From assembly GCA_951406725.2 (NCBI GenBank), contig OX597833.1:37386001-37450000 (forward strand): a stretch of 64,000 nucleotides of DNA. Direction: 5' to 3'. Source of the stretch: Octopus vulgaris (lineage: Eukaryota). The position numbers and the translations under genes were made by a program. Positions 12,886 through 31,888 of this stretch are shown in pieces (position 1 is the first letter of the stretch; the number at the start of each line of letters is the position of its first letter). The notes beneath the pieces are model-generated. The model searched no databases, was not told where the DNA came from, and was given only the letters and a program-made list of their open reading frames with translations.

Positions 12886-13306
12886 ATTTCTTTTATCAAG
12901 AGCAAAATGCACCCCAAATCATTGAAAAATATTAACCAGTGCAAGACTATATCCATTAACAACAGAACCAACACACACACACACACAAACAAACATCATT
13001 TTTCTTACTTTTTATTCGTGTGCAAAGGCAGAACATTTTACCTTAACAAGACTTTTGAGACTGGAAGGGAGGAAGGTATCCTTAAGTCAGATGTCTGGCC
13101 TGAATGCTTGCAACAAAGTAGATTCCATTAAAAAAATCTTGGGTGCCTTTAGTGGAGCTGCTATACAGGAATGGATTAAGTTTGCCACAGACACACATAC
13201 ACAAAACAACAAGTGTTGCAAGTAAGAGTTAGTAACAAAGAATGATCAAAAAGCATTATGTATTTTGTTACAAAAAGAAAATTCTGGTCACAATCTTCAA
13301 ACTTAC

Positions 13307-13612
13307 CTTTGACATATATATCCAGAGGTTTTGACTCATTTTTGACATCGCCTTTCCAAATGATACAAACATAAGTGCCATTATCATGACAAGCCAATGG
13401 AGAGATGTCTACTACCAATGAACCAGCATTTTCGGTATGTTTCCAGTGACTCACTGAAGGGTCCACAAATTCTTTGTTAGGATCAGTTTTAATTAATAAC
13501 TTTTGACCTTTTTTTATTATCCAGTGGTCAATAGAGGAAGATTGTGAAGAACACGTCAATTTTAAACTACCTCCTATCTTAAGATCCTGCGAGTCAAGGC
13601 GAAAATCCTGAC
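13307..13612 (-). CDS. Internal exon encoding one immunoglobulin (V/I-set-like) domain of a secreted or cell-surface IgSF protein
   Basis: 306-nt phase 1-1 exon. Acceptor atttcattttttgcag, donor AAG|gtaagt. Translation LKLTC...HW...LVVDISPLACHDNGTYVC (D-x-G-x-Y-x-C). Confidence 0.9.
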
Positions 13613-13716
13613 CTGCAAAAAATGAAATGAACATTTAGAAAAAGGAAATAAAAGAGAAACTGTTTCAACAAAAAATTACGAAATAAATATAAACTATTCA
13701 TTTCTCAGAATCTGAC

Positions 13717-14130
13717 CTCACATGTATATATTGTGTATTTAATAATTACTGCATTAAAAAGGAGGTAGTATATCAATGTATAGTAAGTACACAATATGAT
13801 AGTAAAGTTTATATCAGTGCAACGAAAAACAATATGAAACAAAGGTTTAATTATCACAGCTACACCTTTAGAAACAGAAATAGAAATTCTACAGGGTTAA
13901 GTACCTATATATGGGAATTTAAAGATAAGAAAATTAATTATAATTTACAATGGAAAATATTAATATCAGCACTTGCGTACAATAATAAAAATAAAAAAAA
14001 ATGTTTATTATGCATTAATGAAATTATTTTTTTCTAATTAGGGCTAAAATTCTGCTTATTAACAATTTTAAGGAATGTAATGCTTCCTGTCTTCATAAAA
14101 TTGGGTATACTTTCTCCAAATACAAATAGA
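13717..14130 (+). mobile_element. Penelope-like GIY-YIG endonuclease fragment (second family)
   Basis: CIKKEVVYQCIVST...KVYISATKNNMKQRFNYH...STGLSTYIWEFK...QWKIL...CLLCINE. Confidence 0.85.
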
Positions 14131-14274
14131 ACATACTATTAAATTTACCCCTACTGAATTAACAGTAATTATCTAGAGTGAACAATTATTACTATAATAA
14201 ATTATATTAGTTAAATTGTGATGATTATGCAGATATGTATATGTGCGTGTGTGTGTCTGTATATATATATACGT

Positions 14275-14820
14275 TTTTTCTCTCTCCAGTTTCATCTCAG
14301 AGTTGTGGCCATGCTGATGCACTGCCGTTTTGCTACACTGTTATTACTAAGAGCCTCATCTAGCATGTGACACTTGGTGAAGAATAGAGTTTGATATAGC
14401 TACCCTCATTTGCACCTCTTGTCATGAAGTAGGTTCATCTGGGACTCTCGACAGGAAGAGGTCCAGCTTTGATTTAAAAACCCTTACGTCTACTTTGTGC
14501 AAGTTCCTCAGACTCTTTGGGAGAATATTAAAAAGCTGTGGGCCCTTGAAACCCAGGCTGTTGCAGTAACTGGTCTTGAAGCATGATGGCGTTGCTGGGA
14601 TCTTTGGCACTATGCAGTGTTGTCCCGTTCTGGCATTGGTGTAGCTTTCAATGTCAAAATTTGGCACAATTCCCTCCACGATCTTCCAGATATATATTAC
14701 TGCATACCTCTCCCGTTTTCTTTCCAGGGAGTAGAGTCTTAGCTGTTTCAACCTTTCCTAGTGGCTGAGCTGTTGCAAAGAGATGATCTTCTTTGTGAAT
14801 CTTCTCTGGATTGCTTCAAT
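14275..14820 (-). mobile_element. CR1/L2-group LINE 3' fragment
   Basis: [12 protein letters not shown]...LRLYSLERKRERYAVIYIWKI...GPQLFNILPKSLRN...FKSKLDLFLSRVPDEP, followed by 3' UTR. Confidence 0.9.
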
Positions 14821-14859
14821 ATACATACATATATATATGTATGTATATATATATGTATG

Positions 14860-14915
<56 letters not shown>

Positions 14916-14939
14916 TACATATATATATATACATACATA

Positions 14940-14980
<41 letters not shown>

Positions 14981-15047
14981 ATACATTTATATATACATAT
15001 ACATTTATATATATATACATATACATTTATATATATATACATATACA

Positions 15048-15081
<34 letters not shown>

Positions 15082-15640
15082 CATACATATACATATATAT
15101 ATACATACATATATATATATATACATATACATATACATATATATATACATATATATATATACATACATATATATATACATATACATATATATACATACAT
15201 ATATATATATACATATATATATATATACATACATATATATATACATACATATATATATATACATATATATATATACATACATATATATATATACATACAT
15301 ATATATATATACATACATACATATATATATACATACATACATATATATATATACATACATACATATATATATATACATACATATATATATATACATACAT
15401 ATATATATATACATACATATATATATACATACATATATATATATACATATATATATACATATATATATATATACATACATATATATATATATACATACAT
15501 ACATATATATATACATACATATATATATACATATATATATACATACATATATATATATACATACATATATATATATATACATACATATATATATATACAT
15601 ACATATATATATACATACATATATATATACATACATATAC

Positions 15641-15681
<41 letters not shown>

Positions 15682-15708
15682 CATACATACATACATATAT
15701 ATACATAC

Positions 15709-15771
<63 letters not shown>

Positions 15772-15777
15772 CACATA

Positions 15778-15846
<69 letters not shown>

Positions 15847-15851
15847 ACATA

Positions 15852-15906
<55 letters not shown>

Positions 15907-15922
15907 ACATAGATATATATAC

Positions 15923-15988
<66 letters not shown>

Positions 15989-16155
15989 ACATATATATAT
16001 ACATACATACATATATATATACATACATACATATATATATACATACATATATATATATACATACATATATATATATATACATACATATATACATACATAT
16101 ATATATATACATACATACATATATACATACATATATATATATATACATACATATA

Positions 16156-16233
<78 letters not shown>

Positions 16234-16239
16234 CATATA

Positions 16240-16328
<89 letters not shown>

Positions 16329-16380
16329 ATACATACATATATATATATATACATATATATATATACATATATATGTATAC

Positions 16381-16411
<31 letters not shown>

Positions 16412-16650
16412 CATACATATATATATATACATATATATATATATACATATATATATATACATACATATATATATATACATACATATATATATATACATAC
16501 ATATATATATATACATACATATATATATATACATACATATATATATATATACATACATATATATATATACATACATATATATATATACATACATATATAT
16601 ATATATACATACATATATATATATACATACATATATATATATATACATAC

Positions 16651-16701
<51 letters not shown>

Positions 16702-16702
16702 C

Positions 16703-16735
<33 letters not shown>

Positions 16736-16763
16736 CATACATATATATATATATATACATACA

Positions 16764-16799
<36 letters not shown>

Positions 16800-16928
16800 C
16801 ATACATATATATATATATACATACATATATATATATATACATACATATATATATATATAATATACATACATATATATATATATATAAATACATATATATA
16901 TATATATACATACATATATATATATATA
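14821..16928. repeat. ~2.1-kb (TA)n/(TACA)n compound microsatellite
   Basis: Direct inspection. Confidence 0.98.
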
Positions 16929-17415
16929 CCAACTTGCATCTCCCCTTGCTAATCTGTGGAGAAACTCACTGGATGCTGGCTATATTCAAAAAAACCTTCT
17001 GTCCCAGTCTGTTGTCCCAGTTTTCAAAAAGGGAAACAAGTCCCTTGCAGAGAATTACCGTCCGATCTCACTCACCTCTCATATCATCAAGGTATTTGAG
17101 AGGGTGGTGAGATCTCGAATAACCCAATTTCTGGAAAGCAACAGACGGCTGATCTCCAACCAACATGGGTTCCGTAATGGAAGGGACTGCCTAACGCAGC
17201 TCCTGCATCACTTTGAGGACATTTTGAGAGCTTTGGGAGAGGGCTCCAACACCGATGTCATCTACCTTGATTTCAGTAAGGCCTTCGACAGGGTCGATCA
17301 CAAGATCCTATTGAAAAAACTATCCAACATTGGTGTCTCTGGAAAGTTACTGAAATGGATCAAGTGTTTCCTGACAGACAGATCTCAACATGTAGTTGAA
17401 GGGGTAAAATCAAGG
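16929..17415 (+). mobile_element. CR1-group RT N-terminal fragment
   Basis: [44 protein letters not shown] and YLDFSKAFDRVDH. Confidence 0.92.
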
Positions 17416-17523
17416 ATTAAATCCAATTTTATAGTAAAATATTATAAAATATTATTAGAGACAAAACCACTATTTTGCAAAACAAACAAGGAAAGACTTA
17501 ATCAATACATAAAATTTTAATAA

Positions 17524-22248
<4,725 letters not shown>

Positions 22249-22699
22249 CCGTCAATCATAAATGACTACAGAATATTTGCCTCCAGTTTCGTCGTGTCAA
22301 TGAAGATTGAACAATATTTTTATTAGAGGAAAAGAATTATTTTTTTAAATAATGTTATGCGTGAAGATAAAGGTGCGAGAATGAATGTTACGAAATTAAA
22401 CTGATAATGTTCTTCAGTAAAAGGCGACTAACGTGACAAGCACTCCAAGATTTAACAACCAACCCCCGTAATTAAATTACAAATAAAATTAATAACGTAA
22501 CTAATTCTCACAAGCAAGGATACCCAGTCTTCGTTCAGAATATAATAGAAAATAGCTGGAATTTGGATGACTAATAAGTTAATTCTAGAGAACCGGTTTT
22601 CATTACTTGGATGGGCCACTATTCTGTCATCTGCTTTGTGTACAAGAGTTCGTTGAATTTAAAGTAAGGCTTTGAATTGCTAGGCTTAGTCTCTTTCAA

Positions 22700-22701
22700 G
22701 A

Positions 22702-22760
<59 letters not shown>

Positions 22761-22803
22761 AAATCCATATATACATACATATATAAATAGATAAATAAAT
22801 AAA

Positions 22804-22835
<32 letters not shown>

Positions 22836-22844
22836 GAGAGAGAG

Positions 22845-22891
<47 letters not shown>

Positions 22892-22943
22892 TGTGTGTGT
22901 ATATATATATAGAGAGAGAGAGTGTGTGTGTGTGTGTGTGTGT
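22700..22943. repeat. (GA)n/(GT)n/(TA)n compound microsatellite
   Basis: Direct inspection. Confidence 0.95.
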
Positions 22944-24894
22944 CGGACACACCAACATAGTTAAGAATACGGACAAATAAATGCTATGTGAGAAAGGGAA
23001 AGCTAAGAGTTCAAAATACGAGTAGGAGGATGTGTGCAGTAGACACCAGTATTGTCTGTCACATCATAATAGAAGTTATGCATTTAGATCAATTAGAGTG
23101 ATTTCTAGGAATTCGGAAATAAAAAGTGTTCGTAGAAGGAAATGAGGGTAATTAAAGATTTAGAGATTAAAAATATTTTTTTTTGTATTTGAGGCCAAAA
23201 AAAAAAAAAAGATTAGCGAATGACCTACACATACCAGGCGTATCAATATGAAGACAAACAGATATAGAGAGAAACAGACGAATAGAGACACTATATCCAA
23301 AGAAAGCTACAAAGATAAATGGGTGCAGTGTGGGAGGTGGGCATAAACTTATAGAGACAGAAGAAAGCAAGCACAGAGACCCCAGACAGACAAACGAACA
23401 ACAGAACATTGTAATATTAGTCAGGACAGACTAACAGACAAATGGACAGAAAGAGAGCAAATATAGAAAAGAGATTTATATTCACAAAGGTTCTTTTTAT
23501 AAATAGAAAGAAAAAATGGAGGCAAACATTCGTAATCTATTCCAATCTTTACTGATCAATTTTTATTTATCAAGACACTAATTGCAATATATATATATAT
23601 ATACATAAATATAAGTAGAGCTGATACGAAACTGGCTAATTAGGGGCTGTGACATTAACACGAGTTGACAAAATAAATACCACTAATTATAATTAAGGTC
23701 AGCAATTCAATACATCTACATTCACTTGGTCCTGGTGCATGTACTGGTGTGCGAGGATAATCAATAAACCAATAAATCTATACATTGAAGGAAAACATGA
23801 CTATAGTGCATGGCTTATAGGTTTTTTTTTGGGGGGGGGGGTCCAGCGGTGGATACAGTCTTTTTCTGTTTATTTGAGCTCGACGAAGTGGGAAAACAGC
23901 TGCGATGTTAGTTTTCTAAGTATTGGTAATTGGTGACTAATGAATGAAACGAAATAACAGTTACTAACGAGTTTCGAAACAGGATTGCATAATCGGATTG
24001 TCGACAGCTTTTGTTCTGTGACGCTAGCGCGCGCACATTTGTATGTGTGTGTTATGAGATTTACCTACTATTATTAATGATGAATAAACTTCCTTTCAAA
24101 AGGTTCGAACAAATCTTTATAACACTGTTCTACTGTCTCTCGATCATTCCATACTAGCAATACCCTTTCGTAAAGAGATTCTGAGGTTCAATAATTATAT
24201 ATATCACACCTTTAACAGGCGAATGGAATAGTGAAATTAAAGAGTGTGACAAAGGATGTAGCGAGAAAGACAGAAGAGAAGAGAAAGAAAGAGACAGGAG
24301 AGCGAGACACGGGCAGACAGGGATGGAAAAGGACAGGTAAAAAGTGAGAGAGAGCGAGAGAAAGAAGTGAACAAAAAGAAAATGAGATGAACACAGAGAA
24401 AACATACGTAGACGAAACAGAAAAACGAAGTTGGAAAAAGAAGGGCCAAAAATAGTGAATGTTAGAAATGAATAGAGGAGAGAAAAAAACCCCGGCAGAT
24501 GGAAGGAAGAACAAACAAAATAGTACAGGAAAGGTTTTAATTAAAAGAAACCAGACCAGTCAAATGTCTAGCAATTTGTATGTGTCAAAAAAAAAAAGGG
24601 GGGCTCTGAAACATCAAAACTAAACACACACACACACACATTATCTATCTATCTTCCGTAAGTCTAAACATCATATATGTGAGTGTCTCTAAAGTTCCCT
24701 CAGTTGTTAAAACACCCACTATTAAAACAGGTTTACCTGCAAACTAGGTCAATTTCGAAGAATTTTTAACCTTTCATATTAATTCACAAAAGGCTATGTG
24801 ACATGTACATGAATATATTATACAGGATCGTTTTCTATATACACCCACTATCATATTGCTGTGTGTATATCTGTATTTTGCAATCTGTATTGCA

Positions 24895-24896
24895 TA

Positions 24897-24948
<52 letters not shown>

Positions 24949-25410
24949 TATACACATACATGCATACACATACATATATGAGTACACATACATATACATG
25001 TATGCACATACACACATGCACATTCATATATATATATATACATATATGCACACACACACACATATATATACATACATACATGCATATATATACACATGCA
25101 TATACATATATATACATACAGGAATATACATATATATATATACATACATGCATATACATATACATGCATATACATATATATACATACATACATGCATTTA
25201 CATATACATGCATATACATATATATACATATATATATATACATACATGCATATATATATACATACATGCATATATGTATACATACATGCATATACATATA
25301 CATACATGCATATACATATATGTATACATACATGCATATACATATATGTATACATACATGCATATACATATATGTATACATACATGCATATACAAATATG
25401 TATACATACA
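24895..25410. repeat. TA/TACA/TGCA compound microsatellite
   Basis: Direct inspection. Confidence 0.93.
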
Positions 25411-25959
25411 CTGTGTCCTTGTCATTTTTTCTCACCCCTCCTTAATTCTTCTGTCCCTCTGCTTCTACTTCTCTTTCTTCCCTTCCCATGTGACCGGCGT
25501 TCGGCTAAGCCTGTTCTTTGTTTCCTGGTCTGGTCGGTGTCCGTGCAACATCGATATTTCTCCCTCTGTCTGTGAAGTCTTCTATCCCTGCTGTAAGGCT
25601 TCATTTTCACACACGTCAGCCTAATTTAATTCGTCATAAGTCGAAAGACACTTGTTGTTATTATTTTAATTTTAGTGTAACATTGTCCGTTTTTTTTCCG
25701 TCCTTGTTTTTGTACACATTCACTGCTTTCTTCCAAGGAATCTAATGCTCTTAGCTTAGTTTTTCCTTGGGGCTGGCCAGATTGGAGCAATCTTGAGTAT
25801 AATCAGCCGAAATTGCGAAGATAATCTGGTACTTGACTGAGGAAAGAAAACTTCGAATGACCCGTCATTCTTTTCTTTGTATCGTCTATCTGGATGTTTT
25901 GTTGTCCCATTTTCGTATCACCTAACTGTCTGGATGTTTTGCATTCTTGTCCCATTTTG

Positions 25960-25965
<6 letters not shown>
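25411..25965. mobile_element. Unclassified interspersed repeat bounded by TA-rich tracts
   Basis: Non-coding block sharply bounded by microsatellites, with a terminal internal duplication (tctggatgttttg...ttgtcccatttt twice). Family not assignable. Confidence 0.4.
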
Positions 25966-25989
<24 letters not shown>

Positions 25990-25991
<2 letters not shown>

Positions 25992-27290
25992 ACTTAAAAT
26001 AACTTAGAAAGGTTTCGGCCAGTATTGGCCCAGGCCATGTCTAACTTCAGAGCACCACCTGGCGAAGTCTTTCAATTCAGGATTTGGGCACCAAGGCCCA
26101 TTCGAGAAGAGAGTTATTGTTTGCGGAAACATATTGGGATGTGGGTGGTTTGTCCGGGACTGCTTGGAGGAATTTGTCCAAAGACTTCTTGAATTTTGTG
26201 TGGTCAGTTTCTGTTTTGATGTGTCCTGGTGTAATGTTGAAGAGAGTTGGGTGATGCCAACATCATTTGGACAGTGCTGATGGAATATTTTCCACATTAT
26301 ACAAATAATGTAGTGCTCACGGCATCATTGGAGTGAATAGAGTTTCAGCTTTTCTAATTGACCCCAGCAGTCGAGGTCTGACATGCCATCTATCTTTTTC
26401 ATGATTGCCCTTTGGGGAGCTTCAATTTTCATAATGTTTTGTTTCGTGTAGGGGAACCACAGTGGACAGCAGTATTCAAGGTGGGGGTCGGGCAAAAGTG
26501 GAGGAGAGAAGGATAATGGTGTGGGAATCACTTGACTGGAAGGTTCTGAGAATCCAGGAACACATTCTGCAGGCTATGTCAACTTTGCTGCTTATATGTG
26601 TAGCCCAGCTTATGTTGTTGTCCACAGTTACTCCCAAGTTTCTGATGTTGTTAGATGCCATGAGAATTTCACCAGAAGGAGGGGAGTTTCAGAGCGTCCT
26701 CCCTTCAAAAGTGGATCAGTTCGAATTTGTCTTTGTTTAGCAACATGTTGTTCCTTTCCGCCCGTTGGACAACAGCCAGTAGGTCTGACTGAAGGCTTAT
26801 CCGGTCATCCATACCATTGATGACCTTCTGGAGCTTGGAATCATCAGCGAACATTCTGATGTTACTGTGTTTGATGATATCAGTAATGTCATTAATATAG
26901 ATGAAGAGAAGTGGGCCCAACACAGTGCCTTGTGGGACACCACTACTGACTTTGGCTGGGCTGGATTTGACTCCTTTGACTACAACATGTAGGGTTCTGT
27001 TTAACAAGAAGCACTTGATCCACTGCAGCAGCTTTCCAGTGACACCAATATTGGACAGCTTTCTAAAAAAGGATCTTATGATCAACACTTTCAAAGGCCT
27101 TGCTGAACTCGAACCCTCCCCCAAGGCTCTCAAAATGTCATCAAAATGATGCAGTAGCTGCATCAGGCAATCCCTTCCATTACGGAATCCATGCTGGTTG
27201 GAGTTCAGCATATTATTGCTCTCAAGGAAGTGAGTCATTCGCGATCTCACCACTCACTCAAATACCTTAATGATATGAGAGATGAACACA
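25990..27290 (-). mobile_element. 5'-truncated degenerate CR1-group LINE
   Basis: NQHGFRNGRDC, SGVPQGTVLGPLLF, MFADDSKL, RNLGVTVD and LEYCCPLW. Confidence 0.92.
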
Positions 27291-27293
27291 TAC

Positions 27294-27745
27294 GTCATCA
27301 TCATCATCGTTTAACGTCCGCTTTCCACGCTAGCACGGGTTGGATGGTTCGACCGGGGTCTGGGAAGCCAGGGGCTGCACCAGGCTCCAGTCTGATCTGG
27401 CAGAGTTTCTACAGCTGGATGCCCTTCCTAACGCCAACCACTCCACGAGTGTAGTGGATGCTTTTTACGTGCCACCTGCACAGGTGCCGGGGGGGTCCGG
27501 CATCAGCCACGATCGGTTGGAGCTTTTAACGTGCCACCGGCACGGAAGCCAGCCAAGACGGCGCTGGCCTTGGCCATGTTCGGATGGTGCTTTTTATGTG
27601 CCACCGGCACTGGAGCCAGTCGAAGCAGCGCTGGCATCGGCCACGTTCGGACAGTGCTTTTTATGTGCCACTGGCACAGAAGCCAGTCGAGGTGGCGCTG
27701 GCATCAGCCACGTTCGGATAGTGCTTTTTATGTGCTACCGGCACA

Positions 27746-27747
<2 letters not shown>
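27294..27747 (-). mobile_element. Solo RTE 3' UTR with ~5 internal repeat units
   Basis: catcatcatcatcgtttaacgtccgctttcc tail plus gtgccaccggcac units. Confidence 0.9.
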
Positions 27748-27781
<34 letters not shown>

Positions 27782-27840
27782 CATATACATGTATATATAT
27801 ATATACATACACACATATATATATATACATACACTCATAT

Positions 27841-27871
<31 letters not shown>

Positions 27872-28212
27872 CACGTATATATATATATATATACATACAC
27901 ACACATATATATATATATATACATACACACACATATATATATATATACACACATATATATATATGTGTATATGAGTGTATGTATATATATATATATAAAT
28001 ATGAGTGTATGTATATATATATATGTGTGTATGTATGTATATATATATATACATGTATATGTATATATATACACACACACACACGTGCCGGTAGCACATA
28101 AAAAGCACCATCCGAACGTGGCTGATGCCAGCGCCACCATGTGTATATATATATATATATATATACATATACACGTATATATACACATATATATATATTC
28201 ACATATACATAT

Positions 28213-28600
28213 AGGCACAGAAGTGGCTGTGTGGTAAGTAGCTTGCTAATCAGCCACATGGTTCTGGGTTCGGTCCCACTGCATGGAACTTTGGGCAAGC
28301 GTCGTCTTGTATAGCCTCGTGCTGACCATAGCTTTGTGAGTGGATTTGGTAGATGGAAACTGAAAGAAGCTCGTCGTAAAGATATATAGATATATATGTG
28401 TATGTTTGTGTCTGTGTTTGTCCCCCCACCATCACTTGACAACCGATGCTGGTGTGTTTACATCCCCGTAACTTACTGATTTGGCAAAAGACACCAATAA
28501 ACTACTACGCCAACAAATGGGGTCCAATTACTTGACTAAATGTGGTGCTCTAGCATGGCTGCAGTCAAATGACTGAAACAAATAAAAGAATAAATGAAAT
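28213..28600 (+). mobile_element. tRNA-derived SINE with CR1-like 3' tail
   Basis: A-box-like tggctgtgtgg, B-box-like ggttcggtccc, an internal (TA/TG) tract and tail agcatggctgcagtcaaatgactgaaac. Confidence 0.8.
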
Positions 28601-28639
28601 ATAAACACATATACATATATAATAGAAGAAAATATAGAG

Positions 28640-29286
28640 TGCTCTATTTCTCTTCTGGCTGCAATCATCAGCTGAGTGCCGTGTTTCGACAAGATTTTGG
28701 TCCATCAAGCTCAGTATCTCTCCCCACGGTGGGCCTGCAACAGCTGGACGCATTGTGTTGCAACCAGACTCATGACAATTCTCTGGTCTTATCCGCATTC
28801 ATAAACCTCCTGGTAATGTAAGCACTACCTTCAACTGCTTCCTCCCCACATTCCTTGATGATCTTCCTCTCAGTAGACACACCAGCCACCTTCAGAAACC
28901 TCCTGGGAGAAGCTGCTGGTAATCCCCTGCAGCCGATCTCAAATGCAACCAGCTCGCAGATGTAACCCTTCACCCGAATCTCAACTACCAGCTCTTCATA
29001 GCGCAACAGCTTCTGCTCATGGGCCTCCCATGGCACAGTAAGCTTCCCATGGACCACATGTCTCTGACACTCATCTGCCAAAACCAGGAGTGCTGACACA
29101 ATGATGCTTTCATGCAATGGCTTGTTCATGAACACCTCCCATTTTCTGTCTTCAGCCTGCCGAGATTACTGTCTCTTTGGCCTCATACCTTGCTTCACAA
29201 ACGCTGTCTTGAGCAAACTCGGTTCAGGCACTTAGACCCTCTCTTGCAGCTGAAGCAATAACGTTTAGCACTAAATTATGTCTAAA
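28640..29286 (-). mobile_element. 3' fragment of an RLE-type non-LTR retrotransposon (HERO/NeSL/R2 group)
   Basis: [11 protein letters not shown]...KLTVPWEAHEQKLLRYEEL...FEIGCRG fits the RHN and E-L-T-V-P-W-E...K..KY..L...EVGCRG restriction-like endonuclease pattern. Confidence 0.82.
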
Positions 29287-29352
<66 letters not shown>

Positions 29353-30189
29353 TATATACATACACGCACATACATATATATATATACGCACACACACACG
29401 TACACATCTATATACATATATACACACACGTACACATCTATATATACACACACACATCTCTATATACACACACACATCTCTATATACACACACACATCTC
29501 TATATATACACACACACATCTATATATATACACACACACATCTATATATATATACACACACACATCTATATATATACACACATACATATATATATACACA
29601 CATACATATATATATACACACATACATATATATATATACACACATACATATATATATACACACATACATATATACACACACATATATATATACACACACA
29701 CATATATATATACACACACATATATATATATACACACACATACATATATACACACATACATATATATATACACACACATATATATATACACACACATATA
29801 TATATACACATATATATACACATACATATATATATACACACATATATATATACACACATATATATATACACACACATATATATATACACACACATATATA
29901 TATATACACACATATATATATATACACACACATATATATATACACACACATATATATATATACACATACATATATACACACATACATATATACACACACA
30001 CATACATATATACACACACACATACATATATACACACATACATATATATATACACACATACATATATATATATATATATACACACATACATATATATATA
30101 TATATACACACATACATATATATATATATATATACACACATACATATATATATATATATATACACACATACATATATATATATATATAT

Positions 30190-30220
<31 letters not shown>

Positions 30221-30731
30221 CACACATACATATATATATATATATACACACATACATATATATATATATACACACATACATATATATATATATATACACA
30301 CATACATATATATATATATACACACATACATATATATATATATATACACACATACATATATATATATATACACACATACATATATATATATATACACACA
30401 TACATATATATATATATACACACATACATATATATATATACACACATACATATATATATATACACACATACATATATATATATACACACATACATATATA
30501 TATACACACATACATATATATATATATACACACATACATATATATATATATACACACATACATATATATATATATACACACATACATATATATATATATA
30601 CACACATACATATATATATATATACACACATACATATATATATATATACACATACATATATATATATACACACATACATATATATATATATACACACATA
30701 TATATATATACACACATATATATATATATAT

Positions 30732-30804
<73 letters not shown>

Positions 30805-30875
30805 CACACATACATATATATATATATATACACACATACATATATATATATACACACATACATATATATATATAT

Positions 30876-30917
<42 letters not shown>

Positions 30918-31486
30918 ATATATATATATATACACACATACATATATATATATATACACACATACATATATATATATATACACACATACATATATATATA
31001 TATATACACACACATACATATATATATATATACACACATACATATATATATATATACACACATACATATATATATATACACACATACATATATATATATA
31101 CACACATACATATATATATATACACACATACATATATATATATATACACACATACATATATATATATATACACACATACATATATATATATATACACACA
31201 TACATATATATATATATATACACACATACATATATATATATATATACACACATACATATATATATATATACACACATACATATATATATATATATACACA
31301 CATACATATATATATACACATACATATATATATATATATACACATATACATATATATATATATACACATATACATATATATATATATATATATATACACA
31401 TACATATATATATACACATACATATATATATATACACACATATATACACATACATACACGTGTATATATATATATATATATATATA
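29287..31486. repeat. ~2.2-kb (TA)n-CACACATACA compound microsatellite
   Basis: Direct inspection. Confidence 0.98.
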
Positions 31487-31826
31487 ATGGGTCATTGTTC
31501 AAATCCTTCAGCTCTAATATATGTAAATGTAACACACTCTACTGAATTCATATTTTGTATTGAGCTCTTAAATGTTTATCGTATATTTGTTGTTATATTA
31601 TCAATGATCTAGCAAACCAATATTAAGAGGAGTTCCAAGCATGACCATCCGTATTTTATTCAGTCTACCTTAGTCTACATTAGTGTCCTATATTTAAGAA
31701 AAAGAGTAAAAACAAAAGTAGTTGGGTGTGATTTGTCGATTTATCTAGTATTTTTTGCAGATCTAGTCGAGGAACTACGTAGGGTTCTCTGAATAAACTC
31801 AATATTGAGTTCTCTTCCTACAGTTC

Positions 31827-31888
<62 letters not shown>

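Noticed and set aside
13176-13634. Single-exon 152-aa Ig protein with hydrophobic tail, as in the ORF track
   Set aside because: Strong splice sites at 13612 and 13307 show the flanking codons are intronic.
22585-22640. Minus-strand CAGATGA...GAAAACCGGTTC hammerhead-like string
   Set aside because: Core is mutated and helices I and II do not pair.
24062-24152. Alternative signal-peptide exon for the Ig gene
   Set aside because: In-frame stop and no usable ATG in the phase-1 frame.
25830-25870. CTGAGGA...GAAT hammerhead-like string
   Set aside because: Lacks GAAA and a convincing helix I/III.
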